DNA of 63,936 bases, counting the filler, from Conidiobolus incongruus B7586 (lineage: Eukaryota), in assembly GCA_000697335.1 (NCBI GenBank). It is 8 parts of 8 records of this genome, joined end to end, with 100 filler letters (N's around TTAATTAATTAA, not from the genome) between each part and the next. Parts side by side here need not be neighbours in the genome. Positions count along the whole stretch, not along the records: positions 23,917 to 28,930 come from JNEM01006276.1; positions 29,031 to 39,409 come from JNEM01006277.1; positions 39,510 to 52,470 come from JNEM01006278.1; 5 more parts are not named here. One strand, written 5' to 3'. The notes below the pieces were generated by a model that was given only the letters and a program-made list of their open reading frames with translations, did no database searches and was not told the origin of the DNA. The position numbers and the translations under genes were made by a program. This document shows, in pieces, positions 27,430-40,520 of the stretch (position 1 is the first letter of the stretch; every line of letters starts with the position of its first letter).

Positions 27430-27763
27430 TGACACTGGCTGGGAAGTCAAGTGTCCAATAACTTTTAAGTGAATAGTCGTCTTCCGGGACGGCTCCTGTG
27501 TGGTGATATAAATGGGGTAATTTATTGTTTAACCTGGATTATTGGGCTGTACCTTAGGAAGAGGACCGACGCGACAACTTGGTTGTAGTCAGCATATTTA
27601 TAGTTTGTTTGGCGTGTCTTCCCAGGGTACGAGCCGCAAGTGGGATGGAACGATTGATTGCATTGCTCAGGTGTATTTTGTGGTCACGTTGCAGGTGGAT
27701 CTGTGATGGGATTCATGAACGAATTGAATTATTAAGGATGAACGGGTCCGCGGGCCAGTGACT
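27430..27763 (-). mobile_element. Solo LTR-like element, family B (334 bp)
   Basis: GC/CpG-rich island with subterminal inverted repeat CACTGGC/GCCAGTG and ATAT on both flanks. The minus strand has TATAAATA followed by AATAAA. Confidence 0.7.
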
Positions 27764-28662
27764 ATATTAATCAGGGTAATAGTGATTTTAATTTCATGAT
27801 CAAGATTTGGGAAAATTTGGTCTAATCAATTTATTCAATCAAAATATACCAGGTTGTTAACTAATTGACATTAGTTTTGTTATTTTCCGATTGAATTCGA
27901 ACATTTTATCGGAATGATTATTTAAACTTGATCCGTAATCAATTATAACAAAATGTAATTAATATATACTTAAATGGCAATTTAATAAATATTGGACAAA
28001 ATTTCGGTTTGGAAACTATTGCTATGAAATCATTAAAAAAATTTAATTCTGAAAAGCGAAAATAATAAGTAATGAAATATCAGAAATACCTAATTTTGCA
28101 GAGTTATAGATATTTAATATTATCTTTTATGAACATAATATTAAATAATAATAATTATCAAATTAGGTTTGAATCTAATAAAAATCTTTTGAAAAAAATT
28201 CATATTATATTTATAGAATTTTTATGATGAAATCATTCATTATAACTATTTATTATTATTAATAGACCAACTCAAATCTTTCCCACTCTTTAATTTTTAA
28301 TTTGATTGATTTTGGTTTTGGGAAAAATTGGTCATAAAAAATTATTTACCAATTTTTTCAAACCATAATATCCACCAGTTTAATCATATAAGTTATGAAA
28401 ATAAAGTTAAATTTATATCTTTTCATTTTACTACAATATGACTTTATTTTATATTGATTAAATAACTTTTGTTTTGTATTAAATATTATATAATTTTTTT
28501 AATAAAAACATAACTTCTAAGCTTATCATATATTTTTTTTATATCATCTACTATTAATAATAGTAATAATAATAATAATAATAATAACTCTATTAAATTA
28601 TATTTGATATAAGTTATAATTAGTTAGTTAAGGCAAAAAGAAAATTATAAATCCTAATATTA

Positions 28663-28930
28663 TATTAACTTATAAAAATAAGTCATAAAATTAAAAATAT
28701 TTATATCTTTACTAATAACTTAATTAATAATTAATATAATAAATCTAAATTATATAATTGAAATTTTATTTATTTATTAATAATATAAATCATTGAATAA
28801 TCATACTTTAATTATTAATTAGTTAAGATATCAACTCTTAAATTTTATTTAAGATAAATTATTAATTTATGAGTTTTTGGTTATAAAAAAAAATAAAACT
28901 TAATATATTTATTTATAACTTTTTTAACTT
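28663..28930 (-). mobile_element. Hypermutated Tc1-like element, 3' TIR and transposase end
   Basis: TA-TATTAACTTATAAAAATAAGTCATAAAA is the C>T/G>A version of the TIR TA-CACTAGCCTGCAAAAGTAAGTCATAAAA at 39062. The rest aligns with 60591-60835. Confidence 0.75.
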
Positions 28931-29030
28931 NNNNNNNNNNNNNNNNNNNNNNNNNNNNNNNNNNNNNNNNNNNNTTAATTAATTAANNNNNNNNNNNNNN
29001 NNNNNNNNNNNNNNNNNNNNNNNNNNNNNN

Positions 29031-30047
29031 AATCACAAAGCTTATAATCTAAAGAATATAATAGTTATAATAGTTTTTTCCAATTTTTTTATTATAATAT
29101 CTTTTATAACTTTAGATTTATATATTTTATAATTATTATGCAAAATAATAGGTTTTTATAAATTATATTAAGAATATTAATTAAAAATAGTTTTATTTAA
29201 AAAAGAAATATAAAATTTACTATTTATTGATTTTTTTTTAAGAATTAAATAAGAATAGCATATATCATTAAAATCTATTATTATAATTAAAATTTACTTA
29301 TTAATAAAATACTTATTTAAAGGATTTGTAAAAAAGGTTGATTTAGCTTAATCTAGCATTTTGTTTTTTTGTTTTAATAAAAAATTATATATAAAGATTT
29401 AAGGTACATCAATTTCAATTTACTTATTATAAAAGCTTATATTTCTAGTAATATTTTAATAGGTTTTATTTAGTAGTAGCTACTCTAGCTTTTTTTAAGC
29501 TTAGTTAAATTATAAAATAAATATTTTAGATTTTTATTGATTAATTTAAATTTAAAATACAATATATATAAAATACCTCTAAAACTAATATTAAAGTATT
29601 TAGTTAATTCTTTAGTTATAATAAAAAGGTATTTTTTAATAAATTATTTCATTTTATTAATATTTGGAAGAGTGATAGTTAAAGTTAGTTTTTTAGATTT
29701 TAGCAAGTTTTAACTAATTCTTTTTTAACTGTAAATTTATCAACAATAAAGAATTGATTTAAATAAATTTTCATTTTCAAAATCTCTTTGTAAAATTTTA
29801 AAGATTTATAGTTAAGTTTTACTAATACTGAAATAAAAAAACTTTTAACCATTACTATTTAGTTTAAGCTTAATTACACAATAAATATTTAATGGTAGAT
29901 TTTTAATGAAAAAACATTATATATCTATATATAGTTTGAAATTATTTATTTTCTAATTTATTATATATGTATTTTTGAAACTAATAATATGTTTAAAAGA
30001 TTGGAAGTTTAAAAATTTCCCATTTCATTAATTGAGGTAATAATATA
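29031..30047 (-). mobile_element. Hypermutated mariner remnant, 5' about 1 kb (same family as 1-793)
   Basis: Reverse complement of 29031-29560 aligns with 1-525. It reads YSLDYKLCD, keeping the third catalytic D, and has a TIR-like end at ~30012-30047. Implied full length is about 1.3 kb. Confidence 0.8.
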
Positions 30048-30246
30048 AAGTATATGAATTTGATTTTAATCAAAATTATATATCATTGCTGAATTGAATG
30101 ATATGCAAAAATAAAATTGTTTCTCTCAAATAATAATTATTATGATACAATATAATTTCAAAATATTAAGAAATTACGCACAAAATTAGATCATGAAATA
30201 ATATAATTGGAGAAATACTATTAATTTATTCTTCACTTGATACCAT

Positions 30247-31890
30247 TTAAAGTTTACGCTTCAAATGAAAGCTCTTTGGTCTAGTAATTGCTTCGAATCC
30301 AACCTCGCTTAATGTGCATCCGAGTCCCGAGTTCTTGACACCTACCCAAGCGAGATTGGCGTCGGGATAATCGCAGCGATTCATGAAGACTGTACCAGTT
30401 TCCAATCCTTGGGCAATTTCAAGCATTTTGGTCTCGTCTTTGGTCCACACGGAACATGTGAGGCCGAATTCGCTGTCATTCATTAAGTGGATGGCTTCGT
30501 TGTCGTCCTTGACCTAATATAATGATTAAAATATGATATTAAGAAGTTTAAGGTGTTGAATTACCTTCATAATACCGACAACCGGAGCGAAAGACTCATC
30601 CTTCATAATGGACATCTTATGGTTGACATTAACTAAGACGTGGGGTGATACATAATTAGAACCAGGCTAAATTCGTATTAGTAAATTATGATATAATGAT
30701 CCTTATCATATGATTGATTTACCTTGTCGAGAGGAAATTTAGAATGATCGATTAAATCGATAGCACCCATAGCAACTAAACATTGATTAGTATAGGGTAG
30801 ACAAATATGGAGTTATCAACTTACGAGCTTCGTTCACCTGACCTCTTACAAAGTCGGCGGATTGTTTTGAAACCACCGGTCCTAAAGTCGTCTCGGGATC
30901 CAAAGGATCTCCCAAAACGTAATTTTGAGCAATTTGCTGGAATTTCGCAATGAACTCGTCATACACTTTCTCGTGGACGTAGATTCTTTCAATGGAGCAA
31001 CAGCTTTGACCGTTGTTAAAAATAGCACCATCCACGAGTTCTTCGGCAGCGAATTGAATGTCGATATCGGGACGTACGTAAGCTGCGTCTTTACCACCGA
31101 GTTCGAGGCCACAGTCTAAAGGAATTCTTAGATTGATATATTAAATAGATGTAAGAAGCTTACTGATGAGTCTGTCTCCACACAATTTCTTAACCCTCTT
31201 GCCATTCTTAACAGATCCAGTAAAATTCACGAACTTGATCAATTCGTTAGATATACACTGTTCAATACCAGTTTCATCCAAGTGTACGAATTGAAATACA
31301 TCATTCAACAATTCTGTCCTCTTAAAAGCCCTCTCATAAAATTTACCAACGTTAGGGGTTTGTGGTGAAGTCTTCAAAATAACAGAATTGCCAGCTAAGA
31401 TATTGGGAATAATACCGTTAATTGATGTCAAGTATGGAAAGTTCCAAGGTGTGATTAAAAGAACGGGACCGATTGGTACTCGTTGGATAAACATATGAAA
31501 CTCTTGGCCCTTGCCACCTGTGGTCGTAAAAGGTTTCAATTTTTCTCGAGCTATCTCCACTAATTTTTCAATTCTCTTAATAGTGGTATCGACTTCGCCT
31601 CCGCAATAACGAATAGGTCTACACGAAATTAGCAATCATCAAATAATTTAAGCATATAATTACCTTCCCATAGTCACAGCAATATCCTTGGCAATTTCGT
31701 CCTTTTGGGCTTTAAAGTGTTCGATAAATTGTTGAACTACTTTAATACGTTGGTCAAGAGTCACATTCCTCCACTGTAAATAAGCTTCGTTAGATTTTTG
31801 GACAATTCGATTCAATTCTTCAGTAGTTGCGAATTGTTCAGTCTGTAGTGGTTTACTAGTGCTTGGACTAATTGTGGTAAAAGATCCCAT
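30247..31890 (-). CDS. NAD(P)-dependent aldehyde dehydrogenase, 6 exons
   Basis: Introns at 31663-31619, 31163-31116, 30824-30776, 30722-30667 and 30564-30514. Motifs: PWNFP, FTGS, LELGGKD, FNNGQSCC (catalytic Cys), NRCDYPDANLAWVGVKNSG. Confidence 0.93.
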
Positions 31891-34047
31891 TTTTCTAAAT
31901 TATCCTATGTTTTATTTAGATATTTTTTTCGTAATAAGAATTTTGGTTAATTAATAACAAATGAATTGATATTTATTTATAATTCGAAAGTTATTTGAAA
32001 AATCAAATGATATTGTGGGACTGTGTAATTATCAAAACTTGTGACTTAATTCAGATTTGATAGTGGATAAATTGAATTGGATAGAATTGTTCTAAATATT
32101 TAATAAAATCAATTTGAAACTATTTCAAAAGTTATGGTATAAAATTCGTGCATTATATATTTGAATATTATAAAATATTCGTTATTTAATATACATATTT
32201 CATTTTAAATTTTTTTAAATTAATTTTTAATCCAACGGCATTTGAATTAATATCAAAAATTTTGAATAAAAATTATATAACCAATTTCATTATTAAATAT
32301 TTTTGAATCACAAATTCGGTAGATTTTGACAATTAATAAATTTTTATTGAATTATTTGAAAATAATAGAAAAATTGCAGACCTAAAACAATTTGGAACTC
32401 AATTCAATTTCCAGGATATTTTCATGTGATAAAGTTCATGTGGTAAAATCTAATAGAGATCATTATAGTTGAAATAGATTGTAGATTATCAGGAATGATG
32501 GATAACAAGATCAAATCTGTGACTTTCCCTACCAGTTTGATTCCATCTTTGTAATGACTTTACTTTGAGATCATATATGTATATTGGGTCAAAAATGATT
32601 CATATAGTATTTAAATAATTTATATAGTACAAAATAGGTTAAATTATTAATTGAAGTATTAGATTCTAATCCAAAGATTGAAATTTTGATTGAAAAAAGT
32701 ATAAAAATATTTTAATATAGTTTCTCTAATATATATATATATCATAACCATACACTTGTCAGAATTTGAACTAATATAAAGCAACTAAATGGTGTTATAT
32801 TTTAATGATGAACAGTTCCTTCTTTTTATTTCAATATTTCCATTAGAAATCTTTTGGAAGTTAACAAATCTACCAAAAAATTAAAAATATTGTTTCCAAA
32901 TATTGTCATATTATCTTGGATAAAAATTATATATTTAACAAATCATTCAGAGCTTTAATTTATTTTGTAAATCAGGTAAGAATTCGTACAAATTAGATTT
33001 CAATTACCTTTATAGTTTCCTTAGACTTGTTTGATTAGAAATTTTTTCATTAACTCAATTTGAATGAATTATATAGTTGCAAATAGTTCATAATATTATT
33101 CCTATTATGTTACAATATCACACCTTCATTATTACTATCTAGTAAAATATATAATTAAAATGATTTAGGTCAATTAAATTAGATCCATTGATTGATTTTT
33201 ATGCAATTATATTTAATTTATATTAGTTTTTTAATTACAAACTAAAAAAATATAAAAATATTGAATTTTGTATTATTATTAGTTTATTATAATAATTGAA
33301 TTACTACTAACCCAGATCCGTCTTAAAACACTGATATTTAAAATGATTAAAAGTATTTAAATAAAAATATTATAATCAAGCTATTAAATATTAAAACTTT
33401 AAAATATATTTGATATATGGGAATCTATACAGTATTGTTTTCATTTCCATTTATATTAGAATATGCATTAATTTAAACATATACATAAATAATTTTGAAG
33501 ATAAGTAAAATGATTTAGAATGATATAATTAAAATATAAACTTAAGCTCAAATAATTGAATTGAATAATGTTTTTAAATTCTATCCAAATTAAGATAGAT
33601 AAATAAATTGAAAAAATAACCATGTGAAATAGTAATATGAACAAAGTTTAGCTCATTAGTTGGAATAGACTTAAATTGATATAATGTGCGTATTGTGAAA
33701 TCTACCAAAAGATAATGATCCTAACAAATACTGTAGAAAATCAAGGGAGAATAACATAATATATATTTTTATTTTATATTCATATTAATTATATGATTAA
33801 ATTATTAGTATTAATGTCAAATTTGAAAAGAAATAATATAGTATTAATTTTATAATGATAATATTCAAATGAAGTAAAATAGTAACTGATGAGGTATTAT
33901 TTAATGTCCACAATTATATGGATTTCACGATTAAAGAAATAAATTACTATGGCTCATGTGAGTGAGTTATGCTTGAAGTATTAGATATTCAACAATAAAC
34001 TCTGAACAAACTATCAATGTATAAAGATAATTTTGAGTATATTAAAC

Positions 34048-34815
34048 ATGATTGTAATAGCAATATCATCAAATTATGTATCTGACGAGTTCCAATAATA
34101 CAGAATTACTCATTGGAGATAATGAAATGTTCCAACTTTTAAATACAAACAAATGGTACTAGTTACTCATATTGGTGGCCATCCTTGCGGCTGAGTTCAA
34201 TATAGTTATATAACTGTAATTATAGCTGCTTATTAAGTGTATAAAGTAAAAAAGTGATTTCTGCAAAAATTAGTAAACCAATATTAAGAAACTTATTGAG
34301 TGAAAACAAGTTATAAATTACGATTTCAAAAAAGTAATATTCCATGAAAAATAAGGCTGCAAAAATTTAGGTCTTGATATTGCTAATTAAATTATTGGTG
34401 CGTCTGATAATTGCTTTGATCATAAACCAAATATCAAGCTTGAAAATAAATATAAATCCATTTCTGGCAATACTAGAACAAAATACATTACCTTGGGTCG
34501 GGGTGTTATTGAGAATAGAAAGATGTGAGACTCTATCAGGGATTAAGATACTAATCTTTGATTTTGAAAAATTGCGGGAAAATTTGGGAATCTAGTAGTG
34601 GCCCTAAACTTCAAATAAATTGTTTGTACTAGTTATAGACAAGCATGGAAAGATACTTGCGGTTGGAGATTCTGGTGGTTCCTGTTTCTACAAGAGAAAA
34701 AAAATAATTAGCTAACTTTGGTAGGAGTCACCCGCTTTGATAGAAAAAATATGATAAAAAATATATTTGGAGTTTAAGTAAGGATAGTCTCTTATATTGA
34801 GTGGATTAAAATGAA
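34048..34815 (+). pseudogene. Trypsin-like (S1) serine protease pseudogene
   Basis: Ordered fragments across frameshifts and stops: GGHPCG*VQYSYITVIIAAY* (cf. CGG...TAAHC), FHEK*...LDIA (catalytic D), TLGRG (cf. GWG), CTSY...KDTCG/GDSGGS, TLVGVTRF, GV*VRIVSYIEWIK. Confidence 0.85.
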
Positions 34816-35624
34816 TCTTTAATTTTTATTATTATATTTTAAATTTTCTTTTAAAAATCAATTACTATTTTTTTTTTCAATTATATTTCTTATAAAATAA
34901 AATTACGAATATATATAATAATTGTAAAAAAATGATATTAATATATTTCTCTTCAATAAAATTTGGAATTTTTTTAAAATAATATATCATATTTAATCAC
35001 TAAATGTATTTAAAGAACTTTAAAAATTCTCTGCCTCATATATTGATATTCCAAATTAAAATTGTTAAATTTCAAAAAAGCAAAAATTAAATTCTTGTTC
35101 TTCTAGAATTAATAAACCAGAGTATATTTCTCAGAGTAATGCATGTTAAGTATTATATAGAAAATAAGTTTAAACATTAATATTTTTAATATTATAATAA
35201 CTATTTAACCAAGTCCTTATTGAATATTGATCCTTATTAAGATTATTAGTGTAAGACATTAACCAAGAGAAACATTTCAATATCAGTGTATAATATATTT
35301 AGCTAGTAATAATTATTAATACATAATATCAAATCCAGTTGTTTGATCTTTTTAACATAAAATATATATTTTATATTTGGGTAATTTTAAATTGGTATTT
35401 TTGATGATGAATATGAGATTAATTTCCAAATATCTTAACAAGTAGGTTGAATAATTTCAAAATGTCAAGGGAAAATATTTTCAATTCAAAAAATATAAGC
35501 TAAATTCGTAATATTCATATTCAGTATATCATCATTCAGGTAGATACCAATATTGAAAAATTTACATCAGACCACAAAAAGATAAAATAATAAGGTTTAC
35601 TAAACTCCAAACTCAATTTCATTT

Positions 35625-37294
35625 TTAAGTATGATTTGATTTTTTAGGTGAACAGAAAATCATACTAATGATTACATACAACCATTTCAATAGCATCACA
35701 GTATTGTAATACCAACGGATTAAAAAGGATGAATTGATAGTGGAAGGTCTGAGTACTCGAGGAAAGGAAGCTGCATTGACCAGAGACCAGTCAACAGGAG
35801 GCAGTCTTATTCTATCTGCATCCGTCATCGACCAATCTTTTTCGAGGATCCCCTTGTGGTGAGAGAAAAGGTCAAAGGAAGCCTTTCCGCGGTATTTACC
35901 TATTCCACTCGCACCAACACCTCCAAAAGGGAGATTGGGGTGGCCGACGTGCACAATTGCATCGTTAATTACTTGACCACCTGAACTGATTTCTTCATTA
36001 AATTTCCCAATTAGTTCGGAGTTATTAGTGAATAAATAGCTGGCTAAGGGCTTATCATGAGCCTTGATATAGTTGAAACATTCCTCATAGCTGTCCATGG
36101 CAATGATTGGCAAGATTGGGCCAAAGATTTCATCTTTCATCACCTTTGAATTTTCGGGATCTGGGTTGATAATAATAGTTGGTTCAATCTTGCGTTCTGT
36201 CAAGTTATAGCGGCCACCAAGAACAATCTCTCCATCAGCCTTGCTGTTTTTATCAGGCAATAGGTTAATCAATCTCTTGACGTGGCGATCGTTAACAATT
36301 TTTTGTAAATAGGGCGAGTTGAGGGGATCAGGACCGAATGCCTCACAGATACTTTCCTTTAATGCATTGACTATTGGCTCTACATGGTGAGGAAGACATA
36401 AGATATAATCAATTGCAACGCAAACTTGACCACCATTATAGAATTTGGCGAAGATGAGACGAGTAGCCAAAGCTTTGGCATTAACTTTATCTATATCCAC
36501 CACTGCCGGACTCTTACCTCCAAGTTCCAAAGTAACTGGGGTTAAATGCTCAGCAGCAGCTCTCATCACAACTCTTCCAACACTTCCATTTCCAGTGTAG
36601 AAGATATGGTCCCATTTCTGCTTGAGAAGCTCAGTCGCAACTTCTTGTCCTCCATTATAAACTCGGAAGCAGTTCTCATCCAAATATCTATTGAACAGAT
36701 CTTCAAGCAGGGCGCTAAGATTAGGGGTTAATTCAGAAGGTTTTAAGACAACACAGTTTCCAGCTGAAATTGCACCCATAACAGGTTCTAAAGTTAACAT
36801 TATTGGAAAATTCCATGGAGCGATCACTAAAACAGTGCCCAAAGGCTCGTGTTGAATTTTTGCTTTATTACCAAGGTATGACCAAGGAGATCCGACTTTC
36901 GTAGGTTGCATCCAGCTTTTTAAATTTTCCATAGCATTTTCAATCTGATCAATAAACTGGCAGATTTCTTGCAGTGTAGCACCTACATCTTTGAAATCCA
37001 AGAATGTGGCATGACATATCTGTTTCTGGTTTTCAATCACCATTTGTCTCATACTCATTAGATTTTTCATTCTCCATTCATAAGTTCTAGTCTTACCAGA
37101 TAGGTACGATTCGTGAAATTTTTGTCTATCCTAAATACATTTATTATTCAATATTTGTTATATTAAAAAACATAGATTATAGCTACCTTAGCAATATTCG
37201 GAATATGAGAATCTTCAAAAGTAGGAAGTTTGGATATTTCATCATCTGTTGGTTTCTCAATAACTTTATATATTCCATTAGCGTATTTTGACAT
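35625..37294 (-). CDS. ALDH3-family (fatty aldehyde dehydrogenase, Hfd1-like), 2 exons
   Basis: ATG at 37294, intron at 37186-37131. Motifs EPLGTVLVIAPWNFP, KPSEL, YTGNGSVG, LELGGKSP, GQVCVAIDY, EIFGP, LPFGGVGASG, plus a hydrophobic C-terminal tail anchor. Confidence 0.93.
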
Positions 37295-39063
37295 ATTGTA
37301 TATTATAAAATAATGTAAAGCTTAATCCTTATGAGAAATTATTTAAATGCTATTAATAATATAAAAAATTCAAATATCCAAGGATTATTAACTTTTTTAT
37401 AATTCAAGATTAATCAAAATATTCTTTCAGTCATCGAAAATTAGTGTAATTAGTTGATTAAGGAGACTACAAACTTAATGACGTAAATAACAAACAAAGA
37501 AATAAAAATGAAAAAAATTAAAGATATATAAAAGGATAATTCCATATTTAGTAATTGTTATCAAAATCTATTATTTCCAAATTTATTTTCAAATACCCCT
37601 GAACACTGAAATTTAAAAAATAGATATAGTGAAAAAAAATGAAAGGATATTGTAAAAATATATTTTTAGTTGAAAAATATTCTAATTTGAAATATAGTCT
37701 AATTTGGATATTTTCTGAATAGATATATTATTAGAAATGATTTGATTCTTGAATAATTTTTATATTTTATTTCTCAAGATATTACTTCGGATTTTAAGTA
37801 TTGACAATTTCTAATTTTTCGAGCATATTGATGGTTTTAAATATTAGATTTTATTCAAAACAAATAATTTATAGTATTAATCACAATATATTAATTAATG
37901 ATAATGTCTTTATCAATAAATTATTAAAAACTCAAAGTCGAATTTAATTATGCTTAAACCATATAGCAATCAACACAATTGTTTTATTTTAGAATTATTA
38001 TTTTCAACCACAAAATCCTTCAATATCAATAAATTTTTATAAAATGCTTATAATATCCTATCTAAAAAATCATTCACCACTTGGTTTGACATTTTAAAGT
38101 TAGAAGGGAAATCTTTCAAACTTTTCTATAATATTGAAAAGTATTTTTAATTTTATATTTTTAATTATTTGAAACATATAAGTTAATATAATTTTTTTGT
38201 AAATTAAATAATTATCAAAATTTATTTATTTATTAATTATATTATATATATCAAAGTTCAAATTAAATTAAATTTAATTAAAGTTTAAATAAGTAAAATA
38301 ATTAAAGCTAAGTGAAGCTTAATATAAAATAACTAAATAATTATGATTTTTATATTATATTAAAATTATTAATATACTATAAAATTTTTGTTATAATATT
38401 TTATTCAAAAAAATAAAACATAAAATTAGACAAATAAAGGCCCCTCTGCTTACTTTTTTAATCAATATTTTACTTATAGAATTACTATTAATTATTCTAA
38501 TCATTTATAACTATACAATATTATTATATTTAATTATTGAATTTAATTGAATCGTATCAAAATATTTCATAATATTGAAATATAATATTTTACAATTGAT
38601 ATTTTGAGTCAAGTTCAAAAACTCGTATATTACATAATAATTAAAGTGTATATAAAGTAAATAAGATAAAAGTTTTTTTTATATAAAATTATATTTAAAT
38701 AAAAATTATATATAGTATATTCATTTAATAAAAACTTTTATAATTAGTTTTATTTAGTTAAATAAAAAATATAATCTAAAATAATTTTAATTAATTGAGA
38801 TATTTATTAAATATTCAATATTAAACTTATATCAATATATTATTTAGATATTTTAAATGATATTTTAAATGATAATTTAAGTTAATAATTTAGATAATAT
38901 ACAAAATTAATATTTTATCAAAATCAAATTATATTTTGATTATTTAAAGTAATATATTTTAATTATATATATCTATTTCTTAAATTAAAATTTTATTCTA
39001 ATTAATAATAATTTTATTGGATTTATATTTAAAAATATTATAATTACCAACTATTGAAATATA

Positions 39064-39409
39064 CACTAGCCTGCAAAAGTAAGTCATAAAATCAAAATTA
39101 CTTAAATATTTACTTATATCTTAAACAATTCTTAATTAAATAAATTTGAATTAAAATATATAATTTACCTATATTAATTGATTATAACTAACTATATTTG
39201 ATTATATTTTATTAGCTATTGGTTAATATATTAAAACCTAAAATTTAACTAAAGTGAGTTATAAAATTATGGGTTTATAAGTTAAAAGGGTATAAATAAC
39301 AAAACTTATATATAACTTTTTTTCTTTTGTTGTATTATATATATTATAAAACTATTAAGCTAATATTTTAAAATTAATATTATAATACCCAAATCTCTCT
39401 CTAAAAAAG
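39064..39409 (+). mobile_element. Tc1-like element, 5' TIR and transposase start
   Basis: TA followed by CACTAGCCTGCAAAAGTAAGTCATAAAATCAAAA (least mutated TIR copy). ATA-CCC-AAA-TCT-CTC-TCT-AAA at 39385 matches the ORF start at 61813 (ATG>ATA). Confidence 0.8.
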
Positions 39410-39509
39410 NNNNNNNNNNNNNNNNNNNNNNNNNNNNNNNNNNNNNNNNNNNNTTAATTAATTAANNNNNNNNNNNNNNNNNNNNNNNNNNNNNNNNNNN
39501 NNNNNNNNN

Positions 39510-40520
39510 CAAAATTATTATTTTTTTTATTAATTTTAAATTAAACTTAAAAATATTGATTTTTTTTAAATATCCTTTTATATTAACTATTAAATTAGAA
39601 TATAATCCATAAATACTTTTTAAACCATCAATTTTATTAATTATAATTTTTATATTAAAGTTATGTAATTTATTATATTATTTAATAAAATAACTTAATA
39701 AAAGTTTTTAAAAATTTTTTTATATTTATTAGTTATTATGTAAATATATATTGAAATTAAAGTTTATTTTACGGATTTTATCTATATTATCTTTACTTTA
39801 TAATGTAAAAACTATTTTTATTTATATAAAGGTAATTTAATATAGTTAATATTTAACATTATATTTGATTATTTTTCCTTATTATTTAGCTATTATTAAT
39901 ATAACAAATTTATTTATAAAATAATATTAATTTGAATATTATATAATTGAATTTATAAATATACCTATATTACTAAATAATCAATTCTTGAAACTTTTAT
40001 ATAAAATTTTATAATATTAATTTAATTTTTAATTAATCAAGTGATTTATATTTTTAAAGTTATTTTAATCTTATAATTAATATTAATTTAAATAATAAAC
40101 CTGTCTTTATATTTCCTCTCAATTCTTATAACTATTATAGTATTATTCATTATTTTTAAGATTGAAATTATAACTATTAATAATATTTTATATTATTATT
40201 ATCTAATTATATCCATTATATTTAATTTGACATATTTATTTATGAAGCCTAAATAAACTCTGTTTAATAATATATTAACTTAATATATGGATATTATATT
40301 AAGTCTTCCTTTATATTATATTGGTTTTATTATTACTATGCTTATCATATAATATTAAAGAAATTAGTATATTTTTCAAAATTTATATTACCCTAACAAA
40401 ATATTAAAAAAAATATTTTTATTGAATATAATTTAACTTTTATAAAATATATTATTAAAAGGATTATTTTATTTGATTTTATTAAATCATTCCTATTTAA
40501 TAAGTAGTTTTTGGAAACTT
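39510..40520 (-). mobile_element. Hypermutated DNA-transposon-like repeat, possibly Merlin/IS1016-like
   Basis: 40230-40350 is similar to 62390-62525. Minus-strand fragments KPI*YKGR and VIRIERKYKDRF...KITLKI*IT*LI loosely match the Merlin pattern KYHRGR ... GxxER ... TL...I...I. Boundaries approximate. Confidence 0.35.

Noticed and set aside
27579..27761. 60-aa ORF in the GC-rich island, and the 73-aa ORF at 54508
   Set aside because: They have non-ATG starts, no motifs, and lie inside LTR-like elements.
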